A stretch of DNA of 64,000 nt from Deltaproteobacteria bacterium. GTDB taxonomy: Bacteria > Desulfobacterota > GWC2-55-46 > DRQE01. Where the stretch lies: the NCBI GenBank assembly GCA_024278765.1, contig JAJRSM010000044.1, positions 5,972-69,971 of the forward strand, written 5' to 3'. The notes under the pieces were generated by a model. It saw only the letters and a program-made list of their open reading frames with translations, had not been told where the DNA came from and did no database searches. Position 1 is the first letter of the stretch. Every line of letters starts with the position of its first letter. Positions 62,159-64,000 of this stretch are shown piece by piece. Made by a program: the position numbers and the translations under genes.

Positions 62159-63451
62159 TTAAACAGATGCCATCTCTGGAGTCGCGCCTGTCATCTTCTT
62201 CTCCATCATTGCCGCACCTTCTTTTGCCATCCACTCATCGGCCCTGTGCGCGTAGTTAACTACCTCGCTCATGGCACTGTCATGGCCAAAGATCTTATAA
62301 GGCAGCTTTAACTGATCAAGCGTGTCCTTCATGTAATTAAGGCCACGAATCAGATTTGGCCCGCCTCTACCAACGACGACAAAGAGCGGGGTTGGCCCGT
62401 ACTCCTGGAAGTGTGATCGAAGGGCATCTGCCATTGCTCTGAAGGTCTCGTATATATCGGTATTATTGGCCTTACCACCGATTATAAAGAGCACGTTAGA
62501 TTGCTTGAGCCAGTACTTAAATACTATCCGTGAGATGTCATTCATCTTCGCGTATGGCGGGTTGCCACCAAAGTCAGATGATATCGTCGCCTTCTCACCA
62601 AGCAGCTCTGTTACCAGTGCGTTTGCTCCGCCGCCAAAGGTCGGTGCTGTTATCGTACCCTTTGGGTTAATTACAAAAACATCGCTCTGGCCCTGATAGG
62701 TTCTGAGCTGGTTGATCTCCTGCTCAAACTCCGAATAATCGGATGCAAAAAGATGGCTTGGTAGATCAAGCCTTGTCCATGCCGGGTCGTCTTGGTCAAA
62801 AGATCCTTTAAAGTCACAGGCAACAGGTGTGAGCCTGCCCTTCTTATTAGGTGACATGCGTATAGGATTAAGCTCCAGCATATTCATTCCGTAGTTGTTA
62901 TAAAGTGTCCATAGCTTTGGAAGGTTTTGAACCAGCGGGCTGATTAGAGCCTTTGGTGCGCCGAGTGCCTCCAGAGCATTAAGTACGTGATAGCTCTTAA
63001 GACCTGTAAGCGGATCAAAAGGCACTTCCTGAATCTTCTCAGGAGGCAGCTCTTCGATATCCACTCCGCCGTGATGGGTTATGGTCATCATCGGTGCGCG
63101 GTACTGTGTTGAATCTGAGATTGAAAAATATATTTCGTGCTCTGCTGGTACAGAGCCCTCGAAGGTAACGCCGTCGGCCTTTGCGCACTCATTGCCGACA
63201 ACATGCTCGGCAAAGTAAAGACGTTCTTTTTCCTCAAGCGCATGCGTTATATCCGTTGCGCGTCCGATAAGTCCTGATTTGCCTTTCTTACCAACGCCGC
63301 CTTTGAAGATAGGCTTGATAAAGACAGCTCCGCAATCATTGATGAGTTCCTTGATCTCATCCACACTTGCCTCTGGCCCTAAGACCTTGGCAACTGGATA
63401 ATCGACCTTTTTAAGAAGCTTCTGCCCCCAAAGTAGTCCTGTAAGTTGCAT
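62159..63451 (-). CDS. aclB: ATP-citrate lyase beta subunit (ATP-grasp, succinyl-CoA synthetase beta-like).
   Basis: An ATP-grasp N-terminus and an SCS-beta-like ligase C-terminus in 430 aa, directly upstream of aclA, support the call. Confidence 0.75.
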   Translation of the reverse strand: MQLTGLLWGQKLLKKVDYPVAKVLGPEASVDEIKELINDCGAVFIKPIFKGGVGKKGKSGLIGRATDITHALEEKERLYFAEHVVGNECAKADGVTFEGSVPAEHEIYFSISDSTQYRAPMMTITHHGGVDIEELPPEKIQEVPFDPLTGLKSYHVLNALEALGAPKALISPLVQNLPKLWTLYNNYGMNMLELNPIRMSPNKKGRLTPVACDFKGSFDQDDPAWTRLDLPSHLFASDYSEFEQEINQLRTYQGQSDVFVINPKGTITAPTFGGGANALVTELLGEKATISSDFGGNPPYAKMNDISRIVFKYWLKQSNVLFIIGGKANNTDIYETFRAMADALRSHFQEYGPTPLFVVVGRGGPNLIRGLNYMKDTLDQLKLPYKIFGHDSAMSEVVNYAHRADEWMAKEGAAMMEKKMTGATPEMASV

Positions 63452-63496
63452 CTCGTACCTCCGAAGTTCTGTGATTGGCTAATTTATAATTATATT

Positions 63497-63531
63497 GCCG
63501 TCTGAGTCGAGTGTCGCTCGACTCAGACGGC
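63497..63531 (-). terminator. Long inverted repeat (14-bp stem GCCGTCTGAGTCGA/TCGACTCAGACGGC) downstream of the IDH stop.
   Basis: Read directly from the sequence; it lies in the intergenic region between the IDH stop (63563) and the aclB start (63451). Confidence 0.5.
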
Positions 63532-63562
63532 ATAAGTGTTAAAACTACCTCTAGTTTTAGTT

Positions 63563-64000
63563 CTAGACAGTCTCGACTGAGAGACTATCCATAATCTTAT
63601 TGAATGTAGCACTCGGACGCATGGCCTTTGCTAACTTCTCAGGTGACGGGTGGAAGTAACCGCCCATATCTACAGGGCTACCCTGAGCTGCGAGCAACTC
63701 ACCGAAGATCTGGGCCTCATTGCGCTGAAGCTCCATTGCTACGCTATCAAAACGAGACTTAAGCTCTGCGTCATCGGTTTGAGCGGCAAGTGCCTCGGCC
63801 CAGTACATGGCCAGGTAAAAATGACTGCCACGGTTATCTAGCTCACCGCATTTGCGCGATGGTGACTTGTTGCTATCAAGGAACTTACAGTTTGCCTCGC
63901 CAAGAGTCTTGGAGAAGAGCTTTGCCTTATCATTACCTGTAGCATTACCAAGGTGCTCAAAAGATTCCGCAAGAGCCAAGAACTCACCAAGAGAATCCCA
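63563..64000 (-). CDS. icd: Monomeric NADP-dependent isocitrate dehydrogenase, C-terminal part only (the gene runs off the window edge).
   Basis: The C-terminal [14 protein letters not shown] and the motif before it ([17 protein letters not shown]) match monomeric IDH. Confidence 0.75.
   Translation of the reverse strand, partial: WDSLGEFLALAESFEHLGNATGNDKAKLFSKTLGEANCKFLDSNKSPSRKCGELDNRGSHFYLAMYWAEALAAQTDDAELKSRFDSVAMELQRNEAQIFGELLAAQGSPVDMGGYFHPSPEKLAKAMRPSATFNKIMDSLSVETV

Noticed and set aside
63569-63586. The palindrome AGTCTCGACTGAGAGACT, considered as a terminator.
   Set aside because: It lies inside the IDH coding region, in the last codons, on the minus strand. The intergenic inverted repeat at 63497-63531 is the better terminator candidate.

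Overview
This window looks bacterial, of uncertain phylum; an ATP-citrate lyase pair, a monomeric isocitrate dehydrogenase and a GH57 enzyme suggest an rTCA-type autotroph lineage (weak inference). A ~40 kb run of about 35 co-directional plus-strand genes (roughly 2.3-42.1 kb) is an elaborate cell-surface glycan locus. It encodes at least four activated-sugar pathways: GDP-fucose (gmd/fcl), CDP-3,6-dideoxyhexose (rfbF-S-G-H-E), a NeuB-family nonulosonate-type synthase with HAD phosphatase and CMP-sugar synthetase, and a GDP-heptose-type module (GmhA, GHMP kinase, nucleotidyltransferase). It also carries three GT39/ArnT-like GT-C membrane transferases, two GT2 polyprenyl-phosphate sugar synthases, Wzx flippase, WaaL-like ligase, a WbaP-like priming transferase, WecB and TagA-like enzymes, a GT4, three SAM methyltransferases, one SPASM radical-SAM and one B12-radical-SAM enzyme, and a fused ADH-Gfo/Idh/MocA oxidoreductase. 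The locus is mosaic: an AT-richer sub-block carries a frameshifted IS3-type transposase remnant, and two genes are preceded by partial duplications of their own 5' ends. An AT-rich gap near 42.06-42.37 kb ends the island and gene orientation flips to minus. Downstream are housekeeping genes: xerD, glnD, an AMIN-amidase, mutS, GH57, a PQQ propeller lipoprotein, a PHP hydrolase, a REC-DUF4388 regulator, a degenerate GGDEF protein, a bifunctional nuclease, miaB, a SPOR protein, aclB/aclA and the 3' end of a monomeric NADP-IDH. No rRNA, tRNA or CRISPR array was recognised by eye. The strongest candidates for something new are the NeuB-cupin/HAD nonulosonate-type module with its distant CMP-synthetase, the radical-SAM and methyltransferase content, and the tandemly duplicated gene-start segments.
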